Shown here in pieces: positions 49,648 to 58,227 of a DNA stretch of 64,000 nt. Position 1 is the stretch's first letter, and each line of letters starts with the position of its first letter. The position numbers were made by a program, and so were the translations under genes. Where the stretch lies: assembly GCA_964616855.1 (NCBI GenBank), contig CAZTUJ010000001.1:192301-256300 (forward strand), read 5' to 3'. Under the pieces are notes generated by a model. The model was not told where the DNA came from and did not search any database. It saw nothing but the letters and a program-made list of their open reading frames with translations. Source of the stretch: an uncultured Gammaproteobacteria bacterium. Lineage in GTDB: Bacteria > Patescibacteriota > Patescibacteriia > Patescibacteriales > UBA12465.

Positions 49648-51687
49648 ATGAAACGATTCGTGACATCTTTTTTTGCATTTTTGCTTCTCATGGTTCCAGC
49701 TGCTGGTGCCAGTTTTTTGCCGAACGATAGCTACTATCATAATCAATGGTATTTGACGCGCGTGCAGGCGCCTGCTGCTTGGGAAAAGGCAAATAGTAGT
49801 CCTAATATAAAAATTGCAGTGGTTGATGCTGGCGTCCAAATTGATCACCCTGATTTAGAAGGCAACATTTGGGTTAATACTAAAGAGGTGCCTGGTAATA
49901 AGATTGATGATGACCATAATGGTTTTATTGATGATGTAAATGGTTGGGATTTTGTGGAAAATATACCTGATCCTTCACCTAAATTTGATGAGGGTTGGAC
50001 GGAGTCTGGGGTTTCCCATGGGACGATGGTTGCTGGGATTATTGCCGCTACTGGTAATAATCGCCAAGGTATTACCGGAGTAACTTGGCGGGCTCAGATT
50101 ATGCCTTTGCGTGCCTTAAATGATAAGGGGGAAGGGCGTGTCGGCGCCGTCGTGCGGGCCATTGATTATGCGGTTCATAACGGAGCGGATATTATTAATT
50201 TAAGTTTTGTTGGTTTCAACTATAGCCAAGCTTTACAAGATGCCATCCAGCGGGCTTACGATGCCGGGGTAATTGTTGTCGCGGCCGCCGGCAACGAGCA
50301 GGAAGATGGGGAAGGTTATAATACTGATAAGCATCCGATTTATCCCGCTTGTTATGACGGTAAAAACGGGGAGAACATGGTGATTGGTGTGGCCGCCACT
50401 GATGCTCTTGATCAGAAAGCTGATTTTTCTAGCTATGGCTTTAAGTGTGTAGATGTTGCTGCTCCTGGCGTCAGTTTTTTTAGCACCATCACCTACGGGG
50501 GCAATCCCATGGAAAGAGATAAATACTATGATGGCTTTTGGTCAGGTACCTCCATGGCGACACCAGTTATTAGTGGTTCACTCGCTTTAGTAGCGGAAGC
50601 TAATCCGCAGTTGAAGCCTACTGAGGTTGTAAATATTCTTTTGCAATCAGCTGACAATATTAGTCGCCTTAATCCTGTTTATTTAGGTCAGCTTGGTTCG
50701 GGTCGTGTTAATTTAGATAGAGCTTTAAATACCGCTCAAGAAAAATTATACGCTCATCTTGGTCGTCTTCTGATTAGTCCTGAATCTGGTCTCCCAATGG
50801 CCAGTAGTAGTCCGGAGCTAAACATTACGGATAGAGGTGGCTCTGTTTTGCATCATTGGCCAGTGAGCGAGGCCGCTGGTGGTGTGTTTGCTTCCGGTGA
50901 TGTTGATGCTAATGGTGAAGATGAGGTGATTAGTGCCGCCGCCTCCGGTCAGGAACCTTTTGTCAGTATCTACGGACCGGATGGCACTTTGCGTGGACGT
51001 TTCTTAGTTTTTGATCGGCGCTTTAAAGGCGGTTTCAGTTTAGCGGTGGCCGATATTAATGATGATGGTTTTGAAGAAATTATTGTTGGGGCTGGCGCCG
51101 GCGGCGGACCGCATGTCCGAATTTTTGATCATAAAGGACGTTTGCGCGGTCAATTTTTTGCTTTTGAAAATAATTTTCGCGGCGGGGTGAATGTGGCAGC
51201 GGGTAATATCGATGGCCAAGGAGCGGCGGAAATTATCGCTGCGCGTGGCGTGGGCGGAACTCCAGAGATTAAGATTTTCGATCGGCGTGGTCTTTTACAG
51301 GGACAATTTTTTGCTTTTGAAAATAAATTTCGCGGTGGCCTGAATGTGGCAGTGGCTAATATTGATGGACGTAATAATCGTAATCAAGACGAAATTATTG
51401 TTGCCCCCGGTGCGGGAAGAGAGCCGTTGATTAAAGTATTTTCCAATAAAGCGGTGTTGAAATCTTCTTTTTTAGCCTTTGGTCGTAACTTTCAGGGCGG
51501 GGTGAATGTAGCGGCGGGCGATATTGATAATGATGGTCGCGCTGATATTGTTACCGGTGCCAGTGCTGGGGCCATGCCGCACGTCCGGATCTTCAGTGGT
51601 CAAGGTGAACTTAAAGAATCTTTTTATGCTTTTCCCGACGGTTTTACCGGCGGTGTCAATCTTAGTGTTATTGATTTTATCAATTAA
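49648..51687 (+). CDS. Secreted subtilisin-like (S8) serine protease fused to a C-terminal FG-GAP/integrin-alpha-like beta-propeller
   Basis: Signal peptide. The catalytic triad contexts are VAVVDAGV (Asp), SHGTMVAG (His) and GTSMATP (Ser). At least five ~51-aa repeats of F.AF...F.GGVNVAAG(D/N)IDGDG..EII...G.GG.P.(V/I)(R/K)IF follow. Confidence 0.85.
   Translation: MKRFVTSFFAFLLLMVPAAGASFLPNDSYYHNQWYLTRVQAPAAWEKANSSPNIKIAVVDAGVQIDHPDLEGNIWVNTKEVPGNKIDDDHNGFIDDVNGWDFVENIPDPSPKFDEGWTESGVSHGTMVAGIIAATGNNRQGITGVTWRAQIMPLRALNDKGEGRVGAVVRAIDYAVHNGADIINLSFVGFNYSQALQDAIQRAYDAGVIVVAAAGNEQEDGEGYNTDKHPIYPACYDGKNGENMVIGVAATDALDQKADFSSYGFKCVDVAAPGVSFFSTITYGGNPMERDKYYDGFWSGTSMATPVISGSLALVAEANPQLKPTEVVNILLQSADNISRLNPVYLGQLGSGRVNLDRALNTAQEKLYAHLGRLLISPESGLPMASSSPELNITDRGGSVLHHWPVSEAAGGVFASGDVDANGEDEVISAAASGQEPFVSIYGPDGTLRGRFLVFDRRFKGGFSLAVADINDDGFEEIIVGAGAGGGPHVRIFDHKGRLRGQFFAFENNFRGGVNVAAGNIDGQGAAEIIAARGVGGTPEIKIFDRRGLLQGQFFAFENKFRGGLNVAVANIDGRNNRNQDEIIVAPGAGREPLIKVFSNKAVLKSSFLAFGRNFQGGVNVAAGDIDNDGRADIVTGASAGAMPHVRIFSGQGELKESFYAFPDGFTGGVNLSVIDFIN
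50880..51684 (+). repeat. Coding tandem repeats (period about 153 bp) encoding FG-GAP blades
   Basis: For example, 51151-51215 and 51304-51368 differ at only 7 of 65 nt by eye (caattttttgcttttgaaaataa...gaatgtggcag...gatgg). Confidence 0.8.
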
Positions 51688-51691
51688 AAAT

Positions 51692-52714
51692 ATGTCTAAA
51701 CAAGTAATTTTTGACAAGAAAAATGTATTAGTAGCGGGTGGCGCCGGTTTCATCGGCTCTCATTTGTGCGATGAACTGGTTAAAACCTGTAAGGTTATCT
51801 GCGTTGATAATTTTTCTACTAGCAGCGAGGGCAACATTGATCACCTTCTATCTAATCCGGATTTTGTTTTTATTAATCATGATATTAGTAAGCCCATCAA
51901 CTGGTTGGCTTTACCGGAGCTGAAGAAGTTTAAGCTTGAATTCCAAGGTCTGCAGGAAATCTATAACCTGGCCTGCCCGATGTCACCTAAGAATTTTTTG
52001 AATAATCGTCTGGCCACTTTAGCCGCTAATTCTTTAGGGGTGTTAAATATGCTTGATCTGGCTCTAGCTTTTAAATCAAAAATACTTCATTTCTCTTCCT
52101 CAGTTGTTTATGGCCCCCGTCAGACTGAGGCTTCTGATCATAAAGTTGCTGAGGGCGAGTTAGGATTAATCGATCATTTGTCTTCACGTAGTTCCTATGA
52201 TGAGGGTAAGCGCTTCGCTGAAACTCTAGTCGCTAATTATCGCGATATTTTTCAATTGGATGCGAAAATTTTACGTCTTTTTCGGGTCTATGGTCCGCGC
52301 ATGGAGCTGGATGATGAACAGATGATTCCTGACTTTATTAACAATGCTTTAGATGGTAAAGATTTAGTAATTTTTGGCAATGAACGCTTTTCTTCTTCTT
52401 TTTGTTATATTGATGATGCTATTGATGGTGCTTTGAAGTTCATGCACTCTAAGCATCAGGGGCCGATTAATATTGGTTCAGATGTGGATGTTAATTTAAC
52501 AGATTTAGCGATGATGATTATTCAAGAAACTTCTTCTGATTCCAATATTGCTTATACTGATAGTCGTATCTTCGTCAGCGAATTAGCTTTACCTGATATT
52601 AAATTAGCTAAAGAAGAATTGGGATGGATGCCAGTGGTAACTTTGGAGAATGGCTTAAAGAAAACAATATTTTCTCTTCAGGCGCAGAAGCGTTTGCGCA
52701 GCTTTCAATCCTAG
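51692..52714 (+). CDS. UDP-glucuronate decarboxylase-like (UXS-type) NAD-dependent SDR
   Basis: ATG at 51692 (MSKQVIFDKKNVLVAGGAGFIGSHLCDELV...CVDNFSTSSEGN). Also YDEGKRFAE (YxxxK) and RLFRVYGPRM. The track start at 51524 overlaps the protease gene. Confidence 0.7.
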   Translation: MSKQVIFDKKNVLVAGGAGFIGSHLCDELVKTCKVICVDNFSTSSEGNIDHLLSNPDFVFINHDISKPINWLALPELKKFKLEFQGLQEIYNLACPMSPKNFLNNRLATLAANSLGVLNMLDLALAFKSKILHFSSSVVYGPRQTEASDHKVAEGELGLIDHLSSRSSYDEGKRFAETLVANYRDIFQLDAKILRLFRVYGPRMELDDEQMIPDFINNALDGKDLVIFGNERFSSSFCYIDDAIDGALKFMHSKHQGPINIGSDVDVNLTDLAMMIIQETSSDSNIAYTDSRIFVSELALPDIKLAKEELGWMPVVTLENGLKKTIFSLQAQKRLRSFQS

Positions 52715-52729
52715 TAATTTAAATTTTAC

Positions 52730-52758
52730 AAAAACTCCCGTGTAAGCGGGAGTTTTTT
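52730..52758. terminator. Bidirectional hairpin terminator between convergent genes
   Basis: Stem ctcccg (52735-52740) pairs with cgggag (52747-52752), with an A5 run upstream and a T6 run downstream. Confidence 0.8.
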
Positions 52759-53815
52759 AGTTGGTTTTTACTATTTTTTTGAAAGCCGCCGCTAAAGCGG
52801 TGCTATCTCCGGGCGGCACCAGGGTTAAATCTAGGAAGGGAGAAAGCTCAGGGATGCCACCGATATCAGACGCGAGGCCGCGGAGGCCATGGCTCGCTGC
52901 TTCCCAGAGACTAGTAGGGGAATTTTCATAGACTAAAGAGGGAACCACGACAACATCAGTTTTGTTTAGGAGTTGTTCGACGCCAGCTCGGTCTAAATTG
53001 TCAAGATAAGAGACATTACTATAGTTAGTGCTTTCTTTTTCCAACCAAGGGGAAAGACTACCTTTACCGGCAATCGTTAAATTTGCCTCTTCGTTGTTAA
53101 GAGTGGCTTTCTGCCAGGCGGCGAGTAGTATGGCTAGACCTTTATGTTTTTCGGCTTGGCCAATGAAAGCAAAAGCTACCGGTTTATTAAGAATTTTCGT
53201 TTCTTGACGCTTTATCTGGAAATTAAGTCGGACTTCGCTTTTTTGTTTTTTAAAAAATCCTTTTTTTTGATGAAGCGTCAGTAACCACTGAGAAGGGGAA
53301 ATAATGTTTTTTGCCCCCTGGATTGACCAGCGGGTACCGATTTGATAGCAACGGGCAAGCAGGGAATCAATAATTTTTTCTTCTCCCCAATACATTAGTC
53401 CTGAGGGGTGGAGCAGTTGAATATCATGTAAAATATGCTCATGTTTAATTTGATGTTTGGCCAAGAGGCGGGGCAAGTAAAAACCAAGGCCGATGAGATT
53501 ATGGGTAATAACTAAACTTGGTTTGCGCTCTTTGATTATTTTTTTTAATTGGTGGTGATGCCAGGGATAAAGGAGTTGTCCTAGATGCCAGATTATTTTT
53601 TGTAGATTATTGTAAGTAGAAAGTCGTTCGTAGTGGGAATTAAGATAATAAATATCTTTTTCTTGAGAACGTTCAGCTCCCGGAAGTTTAGTAGTGATAA
53701 TAAAAACTTCGTGGCCGGCAGTACGCAAATCATTAGCCATTTTGTGGGCCACAATTTCTGCGCCACTATTACGGCCGTAAGGAGGATAAAGATTGTTGGC
53801 TATGCCGATAATCAT
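52757..53815 (-). CDS. Glycosyltransferase family 4
   Basis: MIIGIANNLYPPYGRNSGAEIVAHKMA, and the C-terminal VVVPSLVYENSPTSLWEAASHGLRGLASDIGGIPE. Confidence 0.75.
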   Translation of the reverse strand: MIIGIANNLYPPYGRNSGAEIVAHKMANDLRTAGHEVFIITTKLPGAERSQEKDIYYLNSHYERLSTYNNLQKIIWHLGQLLYPWHHHQLKKIIKERKPSLVITHNLIGLGFYLPRLLAKHQIKHEHILHDIQLLHPSGLMYWGEEKIIDSLLARCYQIGTRWSIQGAKNIISPSQWLLTLHQKKGFFKKQKSEVRLNFQIKRQETKILNKPVAFAFIGQAEKHKGLAILLAAWQKATLNNEEANLTIAGKGSLSPWLEKESTNYSNVSYLDNLDRAGVEQLLNKTDVVVVPSLVYENSPTSLWEAASHGLRGLASDIGGIPELSPFLDLTLVPPGDSTALAAAFKKIVKTN

Positions 53816-53818
53816 AAT

Positions 53819-54997
53819 TTAGTAATTTTCTGAAAATTCGTCCAAGATGCGGTCAGCCACTTTTTCCCAAGCATACTTTTCTTCTACTAGCGTGCGGGCG
53901 GCTTTTGCCATTTTTTGGCGGAGATTTTCATCTTGAATTAGGGTGTTAATTTTAGCGGCAAGATCGCCGACATCACCAGGCTCACAACGCAAACCCTGTT
54001 CGCCGTCCCTAAAGACGCTGCGCACCCCGGGCAAGTTACTAGCGATTACTGGCAGGCCACAAGCCATAGCTTCAATTAGGACTAAGCCGAAGGCTTCATG
54101 AGCGTTGATAGAGGGGAGAACTAGAATATCAGCACTCTGGTATTGGCGGATTAATTCTTCTTCAGTGACGCGTCCGAGAAAATTAACTTGCCGTTTGATA
54201 CCAAGACTGTTTACCTGGGCTTCATATTGAGAGCGCAAATCGCCATCGCCGATAATATTAAGGCTAACTGAGGATTTAAGCATGGGTAGAGCTTTAAAAA
54301 GGACACTTAAACCTTTGAAATAATGAGCACTGTCCAAGCCACCCACAAAGAGCAGGGTGTGTCCGCCTCTTTTAATAAAGCGTCGCGTGACAAAGTTAAC
54401 GATATCAGCGGCGCGGGCATTAATACCTTTTTCCGCACCACTAATTTTCGGACGAAAGATTTCCGTTTCTACACCGAAGGGGACAGCTTTTATTTTTTCT
54501 GGATACATTCTGGTAATTGCCGCTAGTTGCCCATTTTCAGCGTAGTCTAAAGTGCTGACAATAATTTTTTCCGCCCTTTTCATTAATTTTGTTAATAAAC
54601 AGCGTGAAGGTAGGGCTAGCAATTTTTTAGCCCCGCGCAGGGCAGGCGTGTCCATGTGGTAATGAATAATTAATCTTTGTTTTTTGCGAAAACGGCTGAG
54701 AAGAAAGATTAACAAATCGGCACCGAAAAAAGGATAATGCAGGTAGATTAAGTCATAGGATAAGAGGCGAAAGGGGAGGGTAAGAGGGAAGGCGCCATGA
54801 CCAGCGCGGAGGCGTGGTCGAAGAAAAACTAAACGTTGGACGCCTATTGGTGCTTGAGGATTTTTTTCATTTTGGGGCGCTAAAGAGAAAGTCGTGAGCT
54901 GATGTTCTCGACTTAAGATTTCTCCTAAACGATAAGCGCTCTGGCCGATACCACCGGCATAGGGTGGAAAGGCGCAGACGATTTGAGCTATTTTCAT
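53819..54997 (-). CDS. Glycosyltransferase family 4
   Basis: MKIAQIVCAFPPYAGGIGQSAYRL, and LVLPSINAHEAFGLVLIEAMACGLPVIASNLPGVRSVF. Confidence 0.8.
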   Translation of the reverse strand: MKIAQIVCAFPPYAGGIGQSAYRLGEILSREHQLTTFSLAPQNEKNPQAPIGVQRLVFLRPRLRAGHGAFPLTLPFRLLSYDLIYLHYPFFGADLLIFLLSRFRKKQRLIIHYHMDTPALRGAKKLLALPSRCLLTKLMKRAEKIIVSTLDYAENGQLAAITRMYPEKIKAVPFGVETEIFRPKISGAEKGINARAADIVNFVTRRFIKRGGHTLLFVGGLDSAHYFKGLSVLFKALPMLKSSVSLNIIGDGDLRSQYEAQVNSLGIKRQVNFLGRVTEEELIRQYQSADILVLPSINAHEAFGLVLIEAMACGLPVIASNLPGVRSVFRDGEQGLRCEPGDVGDLAAKINTLIQDENLRQKMAKAARTLVEEKYAWEKVADRILDEFSENY

Positions 54998-55013
54998 AGA
55001 AATTTTTCCGAGA

Positions 55014-55334
55014 TTATTGTTTAAGGGTAATGGTGCGCACCAAGTCGGTTAGTTCTTTTTCTAACTTACTGATTTTTAGACGCAGTTTAAAGATAAAATA
55101 AAACAAGCTAATAACGGCGAGGTAAAGTAAAAAGTTGATGCCAGAGCCGGAAAAGCCTGCGCTAACCAGGACTTTATCCAGTAGACGGATGAAGATAATG
55201 GCTATTCCACCTAAGGACCAGAAAGCTAACCAGAAGAGGAATTCATTACCTCCGATCTGGCCTTTTTTCTTCTGGACTAAGAGTCTCCAGATAAAGATAG
55301 CAATAAATGCTAGAGCGATTGCTTGTTGTAACAT
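55014..55334 (-). CDS. Small membrane protein, DUF2304-like
   Basis: 106 aa with four hydrophobic segments and a C-terminal amphipathic KLRLKISKLEKELTDLV. The size, topology and GT neighbourhood fit DUF2304. Assigned by eye only. Confidence 0.45.
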   Translation of the reverse strand: MLQQAIALAFIAIFIWRLLVQKKKGQIGGNEFLFWLAFWSLGGIAIIFIRLLDKVLVSAGFSGSGINFLLYLAVISLFYFIFKLRLKISKLEKELTDLVRTITLKQ

Positions 55335-55337
55335 ATT

Positions 55338-55366
55338 TTGACAAAGATTATTATCTATTATAGGAT
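55338..55366 (+). promoter_or_regulatory. Weak candidate promoter in the divergent intergenic region
   Basis: TTGACA (55338-55343), a 17-nt spacer, then taggat (55361-55366). Confidence 0.3.
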
Positions 55367-55389
55367 AAAAAGATTTCTAGTTCATTTTA

Positions 55390-55836
55390 TTGTTCAATCC
55401 TAATATTCACATCATGAAACAATTATGGAAAAGCCAGGCTTTAGGGCTGCTTTGGTTTTTGATTATTTATACCCTTATTCGCTTAGTTTTGCGACAGCCG
55501 GCGGCCGCTATTCAGGATGCAGAAATTTTGATAATTGTTGGGTCAGCTTTGGCTTTTTGTTGGCTGACTTTAGCTTTTATTAAAGAGAGCTTATCAGGCT
55601 TATCGGCTTCTTTGAATTTAAGTGTGACTACTATTTTTTTCTTTTTCAATTGGGGTGACTTTGGTTTTTTGAAAGCTGAGATTGCCCTGGGCTCATTATT
55701 AATCGTATCGGTAATTATCTTCGGATATGAATTAATAAAAGCTTTGCAAAAAGAGAGGGAAGCTTGGTTTCCGGTGTTGATAAATGTGACCGTTCTCCTG
55801 TTTTTCTTATTTTTAATGGAGAAGATGGTCTCATAA
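55390..55836 (+). CDS. Hypothetical polytopic membrane protein
   Basis: 148 aa with about 4 TM segments. TTG at 55390 or ATG at 55414. No family was recognised. Confidence 0.45.
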   Translation: MFNPNIHIMKQLWKSQALGLLWFLIIYTLIRLVLRQPAAAIQDAEILIIVGSALAFCWLTLAFIKESLSGLSASLNLSVTTIFFFFNWGDFGFLKAEIALGSLLIVSVIIFGYELIKALQKEREAWFPVLINVTVLLFFLFLMEKMVS

Positions 55837-55869
55837 GTTCCTTCAACTTTTCAGCCTAAAAACTGAAAG

Positions 55870-55897
55870 AAGGGCGTTCGCAAGAGCGCCTTTTTTT
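55870..55897. terminator. Bidirectional hairpin terminator
   Basis: Stem ggcgtt (55873-55878) pairs with agcgcc (55885-55890) with one G-U pair. It is followed by a T7 run and preceded by a second small hairpin (tttcag/ctgaaa, 55848-55868). Confidence 0.7.
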
Positions 55898-56555
55898 ATT
55901 GACTAATTTTTTGGATGAACAGATCTTTGAGAATGCGGATGCCGCCAGAAAATTTCTGACCGTATTTATGATAGGTAACGGTAATCGGTACTTCTTTTAT
56001 CCGCCAGTGGCCACGGCTCAGTTTAATTAGGATTTCGCTACAATGGGCCATTTCGTTATTTTCAATACGGAAACTTTGGGCTACTTCTTTGGTATAGGCG
56101 CGGAAACCACTTTGGGGATCGCTAGTCTTGACGCCAAAGAAACGGTTGACTAGGCGTCCTAGCGGCCAGATGAGGTATTTTTTTAATTTTGGTAAATCCG
56201 ATTTTTTTCCTAAGAAGCGGGAGCCGAAAACAACGTCAGCCTCACCTTTTTTAATAGGAGCAACGATGTCGGCAATTTCTGAAGCCGCAAATTGGTCGTC
56301 GGCATCAAAGTGGACAATAATATCTGCTCCTAACTTTAAAGCATAGTCACTGCCGGTCTGTAAAGCCGCACCCTGACCGCGGTTAATCGGATGTCTTAAT
56401 ACAAAAACGCCGGCTTCTTTTGCCAGGGCGCTTGTCCGGTCGCGGGAACAATCGTCTACTACTATCACTGTATCTACTAAGTCTTTGACCTTGTCAACGA
56501 CGGAACGGATATGTTTTTCCTCATTCCAGGCAGGAATGACGCAGGCTACTTTCAT
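55896..56555 (-). CDS. Glycosyltransferase family 2, polyprenol-phosphate sugar synthase-like (DPM1/GtrB-type)
   Basis: MKVACVIPAWNEEKHI, VIVVDDCSRDRT, HFDADDQF (DxD) and VVFGSRF, in a compact 219-aa single-domain protein. Confidence 0.85.
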   Translation of the reverse strand: MKVACVIPAWNEEKHIRSVVDKVKDLVDTVIVVDDCSRDRTSALAKEAGVFVLRHPINRGQGAALQTGSDYALKLGADIIVHFDADDQFAASEIADIVAPIKKGEADVVFGSRFLGKKSDLPKLKKYLIWPLGRLVNRFFGVKTSDPQSGFRAYTKEVAQSFRIENNEMAHCSEILIKLSRGHWRIKEVPITVTYHKYGQKFSGGIRILKDLFIQKISQ

Positions 56556-57661
56556 ATTTTTTTACGGATTTGGGCCCAGGCAGCAATCTCTTCAATATTA
56601 ATTAAGCCTAGTTCGGCTTTAGCCAGGGCCTCTTGAATCAGCGGTTGATAGCCGGCTTGGAGGCGTCCGTCTGGCAGGAAGCGCATAATTTCAAAAATTG
56701 CTGTTTTGGGAGCGATATTGCCTTGGCGGCAGTGTTTACAACCATGGTTTTGGAATAGTTTTTTCGGCCAGAAATTACGGACCGAGGGCCAGGCACTCAG
56801 TATAGTTTTTTTAATTTCCGGACCAGGGTCAAAGCTGTGTAGGCAACGAGTACAAGGACGTTTGAATAATTTTTGGGCACTGATAAAAATTAATTGTTCG
56901 GCAATAGCGGCGGCACTTAAGCCGGTGCGGCGAAGAATTTTAACCGCGCTCGCAGCATCTTTAGCACTTAAGGTGAGAATGACTAAGCGGCCAGTCGCGG
57001 CCAGGCGGAATACATTTTTTAAATCTTCTGAGTTTAAAGGAGCGTCGATTCCGATTAGCTCGCTATCAAAACGGGCAACTCTTTCCAGAGCTGTGGTAGG
57101 ACTAGAATATTTTTGCAGATTGATAGTATTAATTCCGGAGAGAGGGTTGACGGGGTAAGTCTCTAGAGAGTAGGCGCTGCGTCCAGCGGCTGCCAAGGAA
57201 AGTAGGGAATAATAGGTGCTGGTGGCGCCATTTTCTTCGGGTGAAACAATAATAATAACCCCGGCTCTTTTTTTAATTCCTTGGCGATAAATTTCTTGTT
57301 GTTCTTTATTGGCACCAAGGGCAGATATTCTTTTTATGAATGGAGTTTCTGAGCTGAGAGTAATAATTAATTTTTCGCCTTCACGAGAAGGGAGGAGGGT
57401 AGCGCGGCCGCTAATTAGATTTTGTTTGTCGGTGATCTTAAAACGTTTGTTTGCAAATAGTTCATTTTCAGAGGCGCCAACCAGTCGGCGAAAGGTCTCA
57501 GCGACGCTGATTTCTGTTTCTCTATCAAGGCGGAGATAATCTGTGTTTTCTCCGCGCCCGCAAGTACAAACTAAAGTCGCCCCCTTTTTTTCTAAGTGGA
57601 GATGGCTGTGGCCCTTTTCTTGGGCATAGCGACAGATGGTCTTGGCGATTTTTTCTGACAT
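56552..57661 (-). CDS. GspE/PilB-family secretion-ATPase homolog with degenerate nucleotide-binding motifs (predicted pseudo-ATPase)
   Basis: Collinear with the GspE/PilB N2 and C-terminal domains. The Walker A position reads SPEENGAT (nt 57221-57244) instead of GPTGSGKT. The Asp-box reads ETYPVN, Walker B reads LIGIDAPLNSED instead of (V/I)(M/L)VGEIRD, and the His-box reads GRLVILTLSAKD instead of GHLV.STLHTN. The tetracysteine CTRC...CKHC is retained. There is a 4-nt overlap with the downstream GT2. Confidence 0.7.
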   Translation of the reverse strand: MSEKIAKTICRYAQEKGHSHLHLEKKGATLVCTCGRGENTDYLRLDRETEISVAETFRRLVGASENELFANKRFKITDKQNLISGRATLLPSREGEKLIITLSSETPFIKRISALGANKEQQEIYRQGIKKRAGVIIIVSPEENGATSTYYSLLSLAAAGRSAYSLETYPVNPLSGINTINLQKYSSPTTALERVARFDSELIGIDAPLNSEDLKNVFRLAATGRLVILTLSAKDAASAVKILRRTGLSAAAIAEQLIFISAQKLFKRPCTRCLHSFDPGPEIKKTILSAWPSVRNFWPKKLFQNHGCKHCRQGNIAPKTAIFEIMRFLPDGRLQAGYQPLIQEALAKAELGLINIEEIAAWAQIRKKI

Positions 57662-57786
57662 AATCTCATTATATCATTATCCGCTTGATTTTTAAAATGG
57701 CCAATAATATGATATTATATATAAATAAGATGGCAGCAATAGAGTTTGGCAGCTATTTTTGATTTTTTTAGTTATTTTCCTAATTT

Positions 57787-58221
57787 TTGGCAAAATTTAT
57801 TAAATTTATGGCTTTTTCTTTTTACAGCCGTTGGTATACTTGGCGGCGAGCTCTGGGCGTTTTTTTAAGCTCCTATTGGCGTTATCGCCCTAATCGTCGC
57901 TATTTAGTGTTAGCACTTATTATCCAGGTCGTACTTTGGTTCTTCGCTTATAGGATTTTTGCCACCGTCGGTCAAGATCTTTTTGTCGCCCATTATAATG
58001 TTGACTTCGGTATTGACGCTATTGGAGACGGTCGCCGGGTTTTCAGCTCTCCGCTTTTAGCACTAGGCGTTATTGTCCTTAATTTTTTATTAACGGCTAT
58101 TTTTGCTCGGCGCGAGCATTTTCATTTTCTCAGTCACGCTTTCGGTTTACTAACAGTCTTTACTCAAATTTTAGCAGCCTTAGTTTTAATGTCTCTTTAT
58201 TTGATAAATTTTCTCGCCTAA
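57787..58221 (+). CDS. Hypothetical membrane protein preceding mraY
   Basis: About 3 TM segments. TTG at 57787 or ATG at 57808. No family was recognised. Confidence 0.45.
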   Translation: MAKFIKFMAFSFYSRWYTWRRALGVFLSSYWRYRPNRRYLVLALIIQVVLWFFAYRIFATVGQDLFVAHYNVDFGIDAIGDGRRVFSSPLLALGVIVLNFLLTAIFARREHFHFLSHAFGLLTVFTQILAALVLMSLYLINFLA

Positions 58222-58227
58222 CCTTTT

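Noticed and set aside
50880-51684. Regularly spaced ~153-bp DNA repeats, considered as a possible CRISPR or other non-coding array.
   Set aside because: The repeats are in frame within a long ORF and encode FG-GAP blades. There is no repeat-spacer architecture and no cas genes.
51524-51691. Upstream extension of the UXS-like gene, giving a 396-aa ORF that overlaps the protease gene. Similar extensions occur at 1589-1681, 29282-29368, 37268-37297, 22616-22630 and 14328-14372.
   Set aside because: The extensions overlap the preceding gene or encode junk-like sequence. In each case an internal ATG with the typical TTTATG-type context coincides with the start of the conserved domain.
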